A DNA stretch of 62,599 nucleotides, counting the filler, from Hausera hauseri (lineage: Eukaryota), in the NCBI GenBank assembly GCA_046269625.1. It is 13 parts of 13 records of this genome, joined end to end, with 100 filler letters (N's around TTAATTAATTAA, not from the genome) between each part and the next. Parts side by side here need not be neighbours in the genome. Positions count along the whole stretch, not along the records: positions 48,480 to 52,926 come from JBJURY010577005.1; positions 53,027 to 57,253 come from JBJURY010688549.1; positions 57,354 to 62,599 come from JBJURY010299946.1; 10 more parts are not named here. The stretch is one strand, 5' to 3'. Positions 48,480-62,200 of this stretch are shown one piece after another. Position 1 is the stretch's first letter. The number at the start of each line of letters is the position of its first letter. The translations under genes and the position numbers were made by a program. The notes under the pieces were generated by a model, which worked only from the letters and a program-made list of their open reading frames with translations, ran no database searches and was not told the DNA's origin.

Positions 48480-51400
48480 CTTTTGTTTTTGTCAAACCCT
48501 TGATTGACGGGTTTCATTTTTATTGTACTGATTCAATGTACATAATTGTACCCACGGCCGGCTGACGGAACGGAATGGTTGAATGATGACCTGACATATA
48601 AACTCCATTAGCAAATACATTGTAGAGTCACAAATAAAAGGAAATTGAATTTGAAAAATAAAATTGCAGGCATAGGGAAACAATAATAAATCATGTTTGA
48701 CAGGAAATTGAATTCCAAAAACACAAATTCAATTTTAGAAAATAGGAAATGAGTATCAGAAAAACAGAATTAAAATCAGGAAACCGAATTTGGTAAATTG
48801 AAAAACACCGATAAAATTTGCTATAAAAAGAGAAGCAAATACAAAACCACACACAATTTTTTCTACGACAAAATTTTGATCTAAGAGTTAAAAAGATAAT
48901 TTTGAAACCTTTGGTAGGTTAATTGTTGATCCAGACTAGAAATTAATCTGAATTTAAATAGCTATCCATCTAAGTTCAGTGTCTACGATTATTCAAAGAA
49001 AAGAAGCAATTCCAACTGATATCCTTACATCGAGATTCCCGACTGAATTATAATCTATTTATCTATTTTGCACTTCAATAAAATAAAGAAATGGCCCAAA
49101 GACAAGCATCCGACTCTACGAATTCATTACATGATAATGGTAAATATTTAATTGTTTCGTATCCGTTAGCCGATTGTTTAAATAATTTTGTATGATTTGA
49201 TTTCAATAAATATTTTGTATCTAAAATTGACGGTAAATTGTATTTTTACATATTGGTTGCGAATATGTCTTACTCGTTTAAAAGAATGGGAGTCTAACGA
49301 ACAAAAGACTCAAACATATCCTAAAAAAGTAGAAAGTATCCAGCTGAATGACATTTGCTCAGTGAATTACTTGGCTGACTTAAAGCCGATGCAAACAATT
49401 AATTCAATGGTACATCACACTCTACCGTGCTACGATGTGGTGGTTACAGCAGAATTGTCCTGATTGGCAAGACTCACAGTACACAGTAACCGATGAGTCG
49501 GGCGTTTTTCCCTTGAGGATATGCTCTAAAGGAAAGTATCGATTGAGTAACAACAATTAGCGTCAGCCAGTGTGTACGATAAGCAAGAATGCAGCCTGCT
49601 CCTCCGGACATGTATCGGGATACAGTTTATTGTGTGAGAGTACAAAAGCCTGCTGGTTACTAATAAATTATGAATTATTTAAAGAAAGAAACCTGATCGT
49701 TTTAATTACGATTTAATTCAATGTAGTGTATAAATTCATTGTAAATAATTTATCATTTTTAAATTATTATGAATGTCCATTTTGATACCACCAGTTTATA
49801 GTATGTATGCGTTTGACTTTAATTCCGTTGTAGATAATTGTCATTTAGATGTAGTTATAATAATATTTTATGAATAATCTACCATCTCTCTAAATTGTCC
49901 GGAAGGCTTATTTGGACACAATACGTCCACATTATGTATTTACATGGGTATATCTAGCTCTGATTCTATCGTAAACAACCCATTGTTTTATACATAAAAT
50001 TCGAATAAATATGGGGATAAATAATGTGGTTTAGTATAAATAGGAGTTATTAAACTACAATAAGTTACGATATAATATTAAGTTTATCTGAAGATACGTC
50101 AAATTGCTCGGTTGCATTTATTGAAATATTTGATTTCAAAATTCTTAATTGGTGTAGAATATAATTACATTGATTTATAGCTTGGAATATATGTAGAAGG
50201 TATCCATAAAATTATGGATATAAAACATTATGTCGCGCGAAATATCGCATAAAAATAAAATCCATTAGGATCATTTATTAAGATATCTTATTTACTCTCA
50301 CACGCATTCAGGGTATTTTACATGCTAACATAGAAAATCCGATTTTACAGATGATAGCTCGATTTATTGTTTTAAATATTGTTGTTTAAAATTTAAAAGA
50401 ATTTTATATTTTTAATTAATTTCGCATCAAAGGTTCTATCTTAAATTTTCATTATTATGTATAAAATTTCGCGGATGTTTTAGTGAATGCACACCGAGAA
50501 ATGAGAAATATAAATGTTCAGTTATTAAAGTTAGAGGTGGTTGAAACATTTAAATATCTTTTAATTGACTTGGTAGGATTGTACCTGTATAAATTCCACC
50601 TATATATAGATCATAAACGTATGATAAGGTCAATGGAATAAGTATCAATCATAGAGTCTGATTTTGTGTGACGAATTCATCGAGAGAAATTCTAGTGAAC
50701 AGTAAGATAGATCCCGAATCGTGGATATATAGAAGATTTAGAATGGAAAGTCGTAAATGAGTTAATGGTGGTCTCAATCATACTATATCATAATTATGAA
50801 TGCCCAAATGGGGATTATCCAACCTAGCATTGTGATTGTTTGAACGACTAATTTTAAAAGACAAAGTTATACGAACGAGATTACTAGAATACGGTAATAC
50901 ATTGGGATTACATAATTGTTCAAATGAATAAACCACAAACATGCTATGATCATCAGACCATCGTTTTATTCTATGAACATTAAATATATTTAAACGGAAC
51001 TAAATCACTTGCCACGACGAACTATGATGTGATGGAGATAGACAATACCATTTCTATGCTTACGGGTTTAAAGTAGTCGATATAAGAAGACAACATCGAA
51101 GAAATCAGAGATGAATTAAGAAGGATTAATAGGGCAACTTAAAGTAACCAGCCATATTTCTAAATATGATTTCCAGAAATAGTTACGAGTACAATAATAG
51201 TTCAATGACTTATAATACCATGAATATTGAAATAATTGATTTTATTGAAGAATAACGTAGATTATTAAAGTAGCTACAAGTTGGAATAATATAATAGATA
51301 AAACCCTACAGTTATGTTACGATTCATATAACTATTTTATCCCGGGTTTGATGAAAATTATCGTATGAAACGTACAGATAATGGATAACGCTGAAGATTC

Positions 51401-52926
51401 AAATAATCCTTCTTTGGGTATTAACTGATTAAGTGGATGATCGAAATCATAACCGAAGTATTGAATAGTTAGAAAATAAGAAGGATCAGAGGCAAAACTA
51501 TAGAGGAGGACTCACAAACCGAATAACATTCAGACTATTTATATGTTGGAGTACTATTAAGGTTGTGTACTTACATGGTATATAACCCCTACTTCTAACA
51601 AAGTAAACATTATGAACACCTGAGTTCTTTATAACACATTGGGTATTATTGATGCCTGGATGAAGTAAACAGTCGTATTGCCGTTTATTAGGATCTTTTT
51701 TAGTATCTTCCCAGGGTATTAATTGTATACCTATCAAGTACTCCGGGGGTAATTGTCTGGATATAGTCCAGATCATGCTTTTCTGGCCTTGACTTGAATA
51801 TGTCATATGATACTGCAAACTTTTAATAAGCATATCTTCTGTTATTGCTATTGCGTGTCTTACTTTTGCTTGTTCATTTTCTTGGTTAGTCATTTGTCCT
51901 ATCACTCCGGGGAATAATAGGATGATGAACAATGGTAGGATCTTCTTTATCTGCAGTTTATTTACTGGCCTTATCTGGTTTACTTCCTCCTCAATGCTTC
52001 GTACAAACTCTTTTTCATCTTTTCTTAGTTCGCTGTCCTTGGCAGCGGGCTTATATCTATTAACGTGGACCTTCAAGGAGGTGTTATTTTTCTTCAAACA
52101 AATATTCGGTAAATCCATTTTGTCCACTTCATAGGGTCCTTTAAATGGCCTATCTAATTTAGAGGTTTTACCTATTTTAATTGATGGTGAGTATAACATT
52201 ACTTGGTCCCCTATATTAATTTTTGGCTGTTTGGTCTTTTTGTCATAATACTTTTTATATTTCAATTTATAATCTTTTTGACTGGTTCCAATGGTTTTAT
52301 ACGCTAACTGTAAGCGTTTTTGCATTAATTGTTTATAGTCTTCTATCTCCATCAAGTGTGATACTGGCTTCACATTAAAATCCAAGTCGATGGGTAATCT
52401 CGAATCTCTGAAGTACATTAAGTAAAAAGGGGTTTCTTTAGTAGCTTCATGGACCGAAGCCCGATCTACAAAAACACATGCATTAATATATTCATCCCAA
52501 TCGTCTTGCCTAGTATTTACTACCGTTTGTAGTTTCCCTTTTAAATCTCCGATATATCTCTCAACCATCCCATTATTTTATGGGTGTCCAGGCGTGGATC
52601 TCAGTTTCAGTATCTTCAAAATGTTATATATAGATTGCATTACCGTTCCCGTCAGATTTGATGCTTGGTCCGTTAAGAGGATTCTTGGAGCTCCATAATT
52701 AAATACTATGTTTTCCACGAATTTCTCGGCTACTGTATCAGCCTTCATATCAGCCATTGGCAGGGCGACGACCCATCGAGTGAAATAGTCAATGAAAACG
52801 AGGATATATCTATTTCCATTTCGTGTTAGCGGCAATGGTTCGGTTATGTCCATTGCGGTAAACTCAAATGGTGCTGGGGGTTATCCCATACTTTAAGCGA
52901 TGCTTTGTATTTTAACCCCGTGAGAT
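48480..52926 (-). mobile_element. Gypsy integrase read through into a signal peptide and ectodomain; heavily decayed downstream ORF
   Basis: AMDITEPLP; LTDQASNL; STPGHP..GMVER; GPY; then in frame KKILPLFIILLFPGVIG|Q and a Cys-containing ectodomain (ORF 51498-52568). Confidence 0.8.
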
Positions 52927-53026
52927 NNNNNNNNNNNNNNNNNNNNNNNNNNNNNNNNNNNNNNNNNNNNTTAATTAATTAANNNNNNNNNNNNNNNNNN
53001 NNNNNNNNNNNNNNNNNNNNNNNNNN

Positions 53027-53101
53027 AAAATAAAATAAAATAAAATAAAATAAAATAAAATAAAATAAAATAAAATAAAATAAAATAAAATAAAATAAAA
53101 T
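53027..53101. repeat. (AAAAT)n microsatellite
   Basis: About 15 perfect units at the contig start. Confidence 0.95.
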
Positions 53102-54960
53102 ATACATTTAGGCACCATTTCAAACAGATAATTAATTTTCGCTCGAGAAAACAGAAAATTTATTTAAATTTTAAGACTAAATTAAAAACCCTAATCCCTC
53201 CACCACTCATAATTTGGTAACAGTTTGTAGTCATATTTTTTCTTAGCTCTCTGGCATATCCCCTACATTAAAAATGTAAATATCTGTCTTAAAAAGTTAG
53301 CCTGTTTGATAAACTCGCATGTATTTTCCTAGAACTAGCATATCTGTCTTTTAGGAAATGCAAATTGCTGATGTATGTGACAGGGAGGCCTCTCAGCTAC
53401 TACCACGCTAAATTTTAGCTCAACATTAAAAAAAATTATAATTTTAGTGTTGGTTTATGTGACTATCTTGGTTTTTCAGTTGTCAGCCCACATGTTCATG
53501 TTGCTATGTTCATTCAGATATTTTGCTAACAGACAGACAAAGAAACACGAATACATGATTGCTCACCTTTCACTGCATCAAAGACATTTAAAGGCGTTTT
53601 AAAAAGTATATTTACACTCATCACATGTTTATCCATTCTTTTTAGGAAAAGAGGTGGAGCCATCAACAGCAAACAGCTCACCTTCTTCTGGCAAATGCCT
53701 CAGGAACACATCAGTAAAAGCTTTGATGTTTTACAATGAAAGAACACATAAAGGCTCCTTCTGCCCAGCTGCCAAATCTTATCACAGAAATGTTAAAAAA
53801 ACGTTGGTTTTCTTCTCTTTTTAACATTTTTTTTGTCTTTAATTGTCATTCTTTGGCATGTTTGCTTCATTTTCATGGGTTACGGTGAACAAATGTAGAG
53901 GAATGAGGAAAAAAAAGAAAAGAACTGAATGAGATATTAAATAGAACATATCTGTTTGTTAATGATTTTTTGATGCAGACTGGTCCAAAACACTCCAAAA
54001 TTACAAAAACCTCAACATGTTTTAAAACTTTATGTAAAAAGTGACTACTTTAAGAATTTTTTACCAGAAAAAAAGTGCCCAAAGCAATAAGAGCAAATGT
54101 TGACTCTATTATTAACCATAGCTACACTGATTTTGAAATAATTGATTTTTTTGCTGTCTAAGTCACGTTGTCTGAAACTTATTGGAATTTTTGCACCTGT
54201 TTTGTTTTCCTGAATGACCCAAGAGCACATTTCTGTTTGTCAGTTCATTTAACAAAAACTGCTGTTTTGCTGATGCACTTTCATGATTATGTAGTTTGTG
54301 TGTGAATATTTGATCAGAAAATATTTATCTTTCAATAATTTTCTGAAAAAACAAATGAGAAAATACAAAGTAAAAAACTGAAGTTTAAAAGAAACAGACT
54401 TAGTGAAGGTTAAAGAGAGGAATAATGTGGATGCATGTGTTTGTGTTTTTGTGTAGCTTGTAGTCTTTAGATTTTGTTGAACTGACATGAGTTGAAGCTT
54501 TTATGTAATAAAACTAAAGGGGAAACAGAAAAAGGGCTGTATATGTATGTAAAAATGTAAATTTTGCATTGTTTAATTAAACATTTGTCTATATGTCTGT
54601 ACTTTATAAGCTGTTTGCCACTTATATTTTGAACGTTTCATTACTGGTTATTATTTAAAGCTAATATAAAGCTACGTTCCTATAAATAAACATAAAACAT
54701 TATAATTTAAAGATATACAGATTCAGTATTTAGCAGTATTTTACAACTGTAGTGTTTCCCTCCTAACAACAGGGGGCGCAGTTCATCTCCCTACGAGCAT
54801 GCTAGTTTGGTGTCAGCTACTTCCGCTAACTCGATAGACTTGTGTCGCAGATTCGACAGAAAACGGTGTTTTTGTAGAGTAAAAAACTTAAAATATCTGT
54901 TCGGTTAGTGTGTAATGCACGCAAATTAAAATTTTTGTTTCTTTTCATACGTGGGGGAAA

Positions 54961-56882
54961 ATGGACGGAAAACGTACAGGTACGAGTTTTGGCTCATTTT
55001 AACTCGAATATGTTGATCGTTACCTCATTTATCTCAAACTTTAAACAAACTAGCATTTCTGGAAACTACTAAAAACATCTTTAGCCACGAATTCTTGTCA
55101 TTTTAGTCTTGTGTAAAAGATGTAAACGCTAATGTCAAAAATTTGTATTTGAATTAGAAAATGATTGCAGAGACCACAGACTGTAAATTAAATATTTATC
55201 TGTGTATGGTGCAGACAGACAATTTGGTTTTAATCGGCATCTTGTTATAATTTTAACTGGCTGTTATAAAACTGAATAAAAGTCACTAAACGAACTAAGA
55301 ATGAGACAGGCAGTTGTGGTTCTTTTAATGATAATTAGCTGTACAGTACAAATGTGGATTTGTTTATTCATCTTCTATGCTTTTTTGGTTTGTTTGTTTT
55401 TGTCTTTGCAGCTGGTTGTTTGTTTATGTGTCAACTGTGCAAACTCTTCACTCCCAGTAACTCTCAACTATTGGTTCATTGCTCCCATCTGCATCCCCAT
55501 CATGAATCTCCAGAAGATATTATGATTGCACTACAGCCTCTTATATCAGAGAGTGTGGAGACACTGGCAGGTAGAACTGACACAATATTCTAAAGGGTTT
55601 TTGTCACAAAATTGGTTCTATTTCACAGCCAGCATCAATTCACCACAGGACTGAAATACGTTTAATTTCAGATGAATAGTAGGGATGAACTCAAACTCCA
55701 TCAAATGTATAATTCATAGTTGTGTAGAAGATCCTTAAGTTGAAATATGAATGCAAAAGGAGAAAACAAATCTTTGCTAACGTTATAAATAATAATAAAA
55801 TAGATGCTACATCTTTGTTCTTCTCATTTATCTCAGAGGGTCCAGCGAAGCGAAAAGGAGGACGACCAAAAGTCTCCAAAAAGAAGGTTGGCATGGACTT
55901 GACAGAGGACAGGAGTGCTGCTGGTCATTCTGCAGAGGATGATTTGAAAAGAGACCAAGAGACGAGCAAGGAGGAAGACCCAGAGGGTAGTTCAGTCAGT
56001 GGCAATTCTGTTTATATTTTTATATACCTCTTATTTCATTTTATTTCATCTGCTGATAGATTTATTTGTATCTGGTTAGTTCTTTGTTTTTTAATCTGAG
56101 AACTCAAATGAGCCACATTTGATTGGTTAGACATTGGATTAAGGGAACCAAAAAGACATTTCATAACTGTTAGTTAAATGTTGTGCAGACTTTTAGCCCA
56201 GAACCACAAGTGTTTTTATTTTCTTTGTTTGGTAAATTATTTTCTTTTACTAAAATATGACAAAGTGTTGGAATGCAGGCGCTGCCATCGCTCATTTGGA
56301 AACAAGCGACAGATCCTTAAACACATCTGCCTGAAAGGAGAGGATAAAGAGGAGGGTGACTACGAGAATGGTGAGGAGAACAGTGGCAGACACAACATTA
56401 TTCAGTGCTTTTCTGATGAACTAATGGGGTCATTTTCAGAGAGTGTCTGTGGTGGAGAAGAAGAAGGAGGCTCTGAAAAGGAAAAGTCTGCAAGATTCTC
56501 AAAAGAAAATAGCAAGTTTAAGATTTTGCTGCAGTCTTCTAAATTAATTAGTACTATAGCAAACGTTTTGTTTTAAATATAAACGTTTGTTTATGTTTTA
56601 GATGTGAGCAGCTTAAAACTCTCCAAAGACAACATCTCAAATAAAGAAGGTCCAACAACTGGGCAGAAAAAGTCTGTTATCGGTGTTGTCCTGACAGAGG
56701 CTGAATTACTTCAAGGTCCTTCCAAAACAAGGGTTTGTCTTTTTTACATTTTAGGCAGAAGTTGATATTTGGAATGAAAGAAATGTATTAATTTTAAATT
56801 CCACAGGATTTGCAAAATGGTTCCGGTTGAGGGAATTTCAGCAGAAACGGAAAAATCCGAAACAAAAACGATAGATGAACAG
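54961..56882 (+). CDS. zfat: Zinc finger and AT-hook protein, 5' exons (vertebrate, fish-like): 54961-54979, 55412-55570, 55837-55986, 56266-56370, then about 56440-56512, 56602-56731, 56807-56882
   Basis: Phase-consistent GT-AG exons give MDGKRT-AGCLFMCQLCKLFTPSNSQLLVHC..H..EDIMIALQPL; KRKGGRPK (AT-hook-like); LECRRCHRSFGNKRQILKHIC, matching the ZFAT N-terminus. Introns are CpG-poor. Confidence 0.8.
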
Positions 56883-56888
56883 GTGCAA

Positions 56889-57253
56889 TGTGTAAATTAA
56901 CGCCATACTATTCCGCGGGCTCTACGGGGGTTTCAAGTGGAACGAAGGTCTCATTGCCCGGGATCCAGGGACGGAGCCCCCTGGTGGGGTGTCGGGGGCG
57001 AACTCCCCACGAAAAGTGCGGGTATTGTGTAATATGCATATATTATGTAATATTCGTGCATTATATAATATGCGGGTATTGCGTCAAAATAGTTTTTTAA
57101 AAGAAAAAAATTTTTTTTAATTTTCAAAAAAAAATTTTTGTTAGTAAACCATTTCGACTTAGAAAATTTTTTTAAAAATTTTAATTTGCTGATATTACAT
57201 ATTATGCGTATATTACATAATATGCGGCACATCGAAACCTGCAGGATATTCAG
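56889..57253 (+). mobile_element. Transposon-like terminus with GC hairpins and an internal inverted repeat
   Basis: Starts TGT; CCAGGG..CCCTGG and GGGG.CGAA.CCCC hairpins; imperfect IR 57016-57054 / 57191-57230. Confidence 0.45.
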
Positions 57254-57353
57254 NNNNNNNNNNNNNNNNNNNNNNNNNNNNNNNNNNNNNNNNNNNNTTA
57301 ATTAATTAANNNNNNNNNNNNNNNNNNNNNNNNNNNNNNNNNNNNNNNNNNNN

Positions 57354-59180
57354 GGAATTCTTCCGCCACCAATTACAGATCAAAAAATAGAAATTATGAG
57401 CAGAACTCAGCTTATTCCAGAAATCAGACGTAAAGGATTCAGTATAGAAAATCTTCCAAAAGAAAAAAGAATGAAGTTACAAAAGGAAATAGAACAAAAT
57501 TTCCAAGACAGCGAAACTCATCGGTTACAAAATAGATCATGGACTGATCTATTCGAAATTAATGGAATAAATATATTCGATCCAAAACGGAATCTTTATC
57601 CATCAAAATTCTACACGAGCCTAAGAGATAATGAACAATTCCAATGACTTACTCTATCCGGAGTGTAGACACCTCGATAATGCCTTAAAAACTCATTATC
57701 AGTAACCGTTCATTCAGAATAATACGAATCGATAAACCTCTGTATAATGCAAGCTTAACGAATCTTTTTCAAATAGAGGACACAACCAACAAAGTGTTAC
57801 TCCATTTGGCCGCAGGAAAAATTCAGTTACGAGCAGAATCAGATAATTATCAAGCGTTGCCAGGAAAGACAACAATATTATCGGCGAAAAATTCTATCAG
57901 AATTAAATCAAATACATTTCAAACCCAACTCTACTTTGGAATTTTACTCGCTCCTGCTATAATTGGGATAGAATCATGCTGCAAAATGGACAATTATGTG
58001 GGTCTTAAACCAGCCATATTCTATCAGCTTACGCCTAAAGATATCTGTAATTATAGGCTAACCACAGCCATTAATTATAGGTATCTTGCATGCTCTTTAG
58101 CGTACGCATCCAACGGTGATTGTCTGCCTATTGAGGTGATAGTAGCATACGAAAAGCAACTAATAATATATCAGTCATATTAATTCAAGAAGGATAGCAA
58201 ATTCTGGAGAACACATTCATGGATTCAACATACCAATAAATCAACAAGCGCCAGACGAAGAGGACGTCAGAAAAGAATTAGTCTCTTATCTTTTTGGGTA
58301 TATTGTGGTTAGTGCTAACACAAGCACTATTATTCAGGCATTGCGAATTCCTAAAGAATTCTTGTTTGGAACATTAGATCTTCTTGCCGCAAAAAATACA
58401 AAAAGAAGGTTCCAAGAGCAAGGATTAAAACTAAATCTTACCCAAATGCCATTAGTCTATGGTCTGAACCAAGAATTTCCAAAGACGGCTGAAGAGATCA
58501 TTCCCGTACTAATACAAGTACATAACAAGTTAGAATTAGATTGTACAAACGAAAAATGGGAATATGATTGGAAACCACCCATGAACAATCTAATCAGTTA
58601 TGAAGATTTTCCAAAACTATCCAAACATCATAATGAAAATTACAAATACGAAGTAATACATCAACAAAAACTTTCAGTCACTGATCAGCTAAAGGAGAAG
58701 GCCATCAATATGTTAAAAACCAGATCTTCCATACCATTCACAGAACTTTTTATTTTACTATACGGACAGATTGCTCAGTGTGTCAATGTTCGATATGAAA
58801 ATGAACCAACTTCAACAATCAATACAACGTTTAATACTTCCAGATGCAAATTACGGAAACATTGTAGGAATTGTGTACAAAAATCAGGTACACAATACCC
58901 TATATTTGGCACTCATCGGAGCGAATTTAAAACGTATCAAAATGTTAAATCATCAACCGATACTTATACAGCAGCCGATACCAATTCAGTTGGACCTAAT
59001 TCCACTCCCCAAACCAAGAGGAGGACGACCGTTAATGCTAAAAAATACGACCAAGGTAAAATTAAGGATGATACTATATGCTAAACAAGACATATACATC
59101 CTCGAGAACTTGTATCGGAAGAAAACAGCAGAGAAGATACCAGAAAATACAGAAACAGAAACAACTATCCAAATTTAAAA
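57354..59180 (+). mobile_element. Retroelement 3' ORF remnant with exonuclease-fold domain
   Basis: Homologous to 34600-35574 (LQNRSW, LYPSKFY, CNY.LT.A.NYRYLA.SLAYASNGD, EHIHG, SANTSTII). Confidence 0.8.
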
Positions 59181-59239
59181 ACTGTGCTTTTGGACTATAT
59201 GAATTTGGTTTTTCCTTACATTTCAATTATTTAACATTT

Positions 59240-62200
59240 CAGTATTTTACATGAAAATCCGGTTAGTGTAAATATTTCGTATCCATTTATTACTGCTTGG
59301 ACGACTGCCTTAATCATTTGTATCAGAAAATATATCGCTAAAAATTCTGATGCGCCTTGTTCAAAAATTAAAAATCTTCCCCAAATTTTGTAGAGTATTT
59401 CTATTGTTACTCTCTGATAGTGGTTTACGCCAAGTAACGATTACCATTTAGCCTGATATCGTGTATCATCTATTACGGACGCCATAGCTCGATTTAGCTC
59501 GTGTTTTCTTTGTCGTGGAAAGGCAAGGAATTGTCTGAAAGCCTCAATTTTCTTCGGCTTGTATATACCTTTTGACGAGATGTCTTGAAATTTATCGTCT
59601 GTCATTCCCTATGCGAGATTCGTCCCTGTCAGCTTGTTAGGAGCGGCAGTGATACCTTCATTAGGTAAACTAACCCAGTCTGTCTCGCTACGTCTAAATA
59701 TGGGTTCTCCCAAGCTTGCTTTGCAATCCTTAAGAATGGTTTGTTGTGTTGCGTTATCCAACAGCACTGTCGTCAATGGTGTAGCTAATCTTGGAGTATT
59801 CTGATAAATAACAGGAAGTTCTAGGATGCAACGTTTTTCTTCTACGTTGATGGGTACTTCTCTCTTTTCACATTCATAGGTTAGCAATACTTCGCCCGTA
59901 ACTCGACCGAAGATTCCTTCTCTCATGGGAATTATTGGAAAAGCTAATTCTGGGTTTGCATATATAAGAGCCATTTTAGTTCTCATAATTTCGGTATCCA
60001 ATTTACAATCATTCATTATCATTTTATGATATAATTCCGTTATTCCGACTAGTCCTTTATAGTAGAAGTAATCGTCTCTATTTTTCAGGTGGTCCTCAAT
60101 CCGAACATCCTGCGTTACCAATTTGTAGGTTTTTGCGTTTATTTCTGCTTCGGCTACGAAGAACGCTTCATAGTTTGTGGCCAACATTACTACATCGCAA
60201 CGAGTCATCATCGCTTTTTTAAAAATTTTAGTCCATGCGGATCTGAGATTAATATAGTAGGTGTAGGGTGTTCTGATACATCTTCGCGTGTCCTTGAGTT
60301 AGCTTCTGATTTATCCATATATCGTTTTCCGGTAGTTTCATTAAACTTTAGCTCCTTAATTTTGATGAAATTACAAATTCTTCCAGAGGGAGGCTCCCAT
60401 ATTATAACCAAACTTCTAAAAACATGTTCCGTCTTGTAAATGACATTTTTGATTCTCAGTGTATAACTTAGTGACGCTATGGAACATTACCTTCTGTGAT
60501 CGCATTTTTGATTCGTAGAAATCCACAACTACTACGTTTGGTTCTAATCCTTTTCCGGTATCGTATTCTGCTCCATTACAATGTCCGGTGTGCATATCCA
60601 GCCTTCCAGCCACTACTTTATATGCTCTAAATATCTTTCCTGGTTGCATCTCTAATTGCATACTGTCCCATTGTACCATTCTATTCTCTTTGGCTTGTTT
60701 GCAGTGCTAACGTTCTAAATTCATTGGAATTAACGAAGTAGTTGGCTTAATTATGGAGGAATGTCCGTGTATTAGGCCGCAGTGGAAGATACTACGTGAT
60801 CGTCTCAGCATGCACTCCATTCCGTCTAACGATATCAATTCTTGTTGTTGATATAGAAAGTGACTTTTCTCTCTCGTTTCCCGTTTGTGAGGTCTGGCAT
60901 CCTCGCATACTTCCAGATCCATTAAGGAATATCTCTGACCTAATTTAAACTTATCGCAATCATAGACGGTTACTGCGCTTATATGCTTTATTAGCATCAT
61001 TAGGGTAAGCAAGCTAATTAGCCAGTTCGATTCATTTTTCCGACCTCCAACGTCTGATGTTGTCAGACTACGCAACATATCGTCGAATTTATTATTGTTT
61101 CGTTTGTCTTCTTCCTTGTCAAATAGTCTTGCCCAATTTACTTCGCAAGGCACTCTTTTTGCTCCTCTCCGTACCAAGCTTATAGCCCGATTGATTTCAC
61201 TCTCTCGATTAGGATTTATTTTGATAGCTAAGTATAACAATACTTTTCTCAATTCTTCATTCGTGTTTTCCACCATGATATTTTCGATTACCGATTCATC
61301 AGTTAAGTTGCTTTTCGATAGTTTAAAACGCGAGCTTCGCATCATTTTGGCTGCATCGAAAATTATCTTTTCTTTATCAACCAACACATCTCGGAAACTA
61401 GAATAATTCACAATTCGTATTAAATTTTTCATTAACTCGCTTAATTCTTCATTATCTGTGCTAAGAGTTGGGATCGACATCTGTCTCAATTCTCTAATTA
61501 GCTCTCCATTGTAATCTACCTCTTCTCGCACTTTTCTGGGTTTGCCTACTGGGCGTTTCGGTCTTGGACCTTTAGTGGTTGCTTCGCTTAGTGGTACTAA
61601 ATTTATGTCGTATTGTTCTTTATCTTCGTCCGTTTGCAAATATTCAAAATATAGCGCAGCGTCTCAGACTCCCATAATTCGTCCTACGCATTGTTCTGTT
61701 TTGGCTTTACGTGTGGCTTCTTCTTTTGTCTGTTCATTAGCTATTACTACCACCATCCGATTTGTTTCGTCAGGAATAATCCCAACTTCTATTAATTGTC
61801 CTAATTCATCTAGTATTCTACCTCTAAAATAAAATCTGTAATTTAACTCGTTTGTTCCACCATTGTTTACTAGCCATTCTCTTACATCCTTTATGCAGGA
61901 ATATGTAGTCAACTCGCATTCTTTTTCGTCCATCCACTCGGATGACACCATTACTCTTATCGCCACTTCGGGTTTAGCCCTCAGGATTTTAGCGTACTTC
62001 CTTATCAAAAGTTTCAGCACCGTACTATAGATCGTGTTTTCGCTAGATAATTTAAAGTTGGAATACGTTGTCTTAATTTATTCTCAGTAATATTTACATT
62101 AATTAATTCAATCAAATCCCTTTCAGTTAGCGCTGAATCTAGTAGCATCTCCACGTTGAACCTCCTGTCCTGCGGACATGCTTCTATTTCGTTTAGTTGT

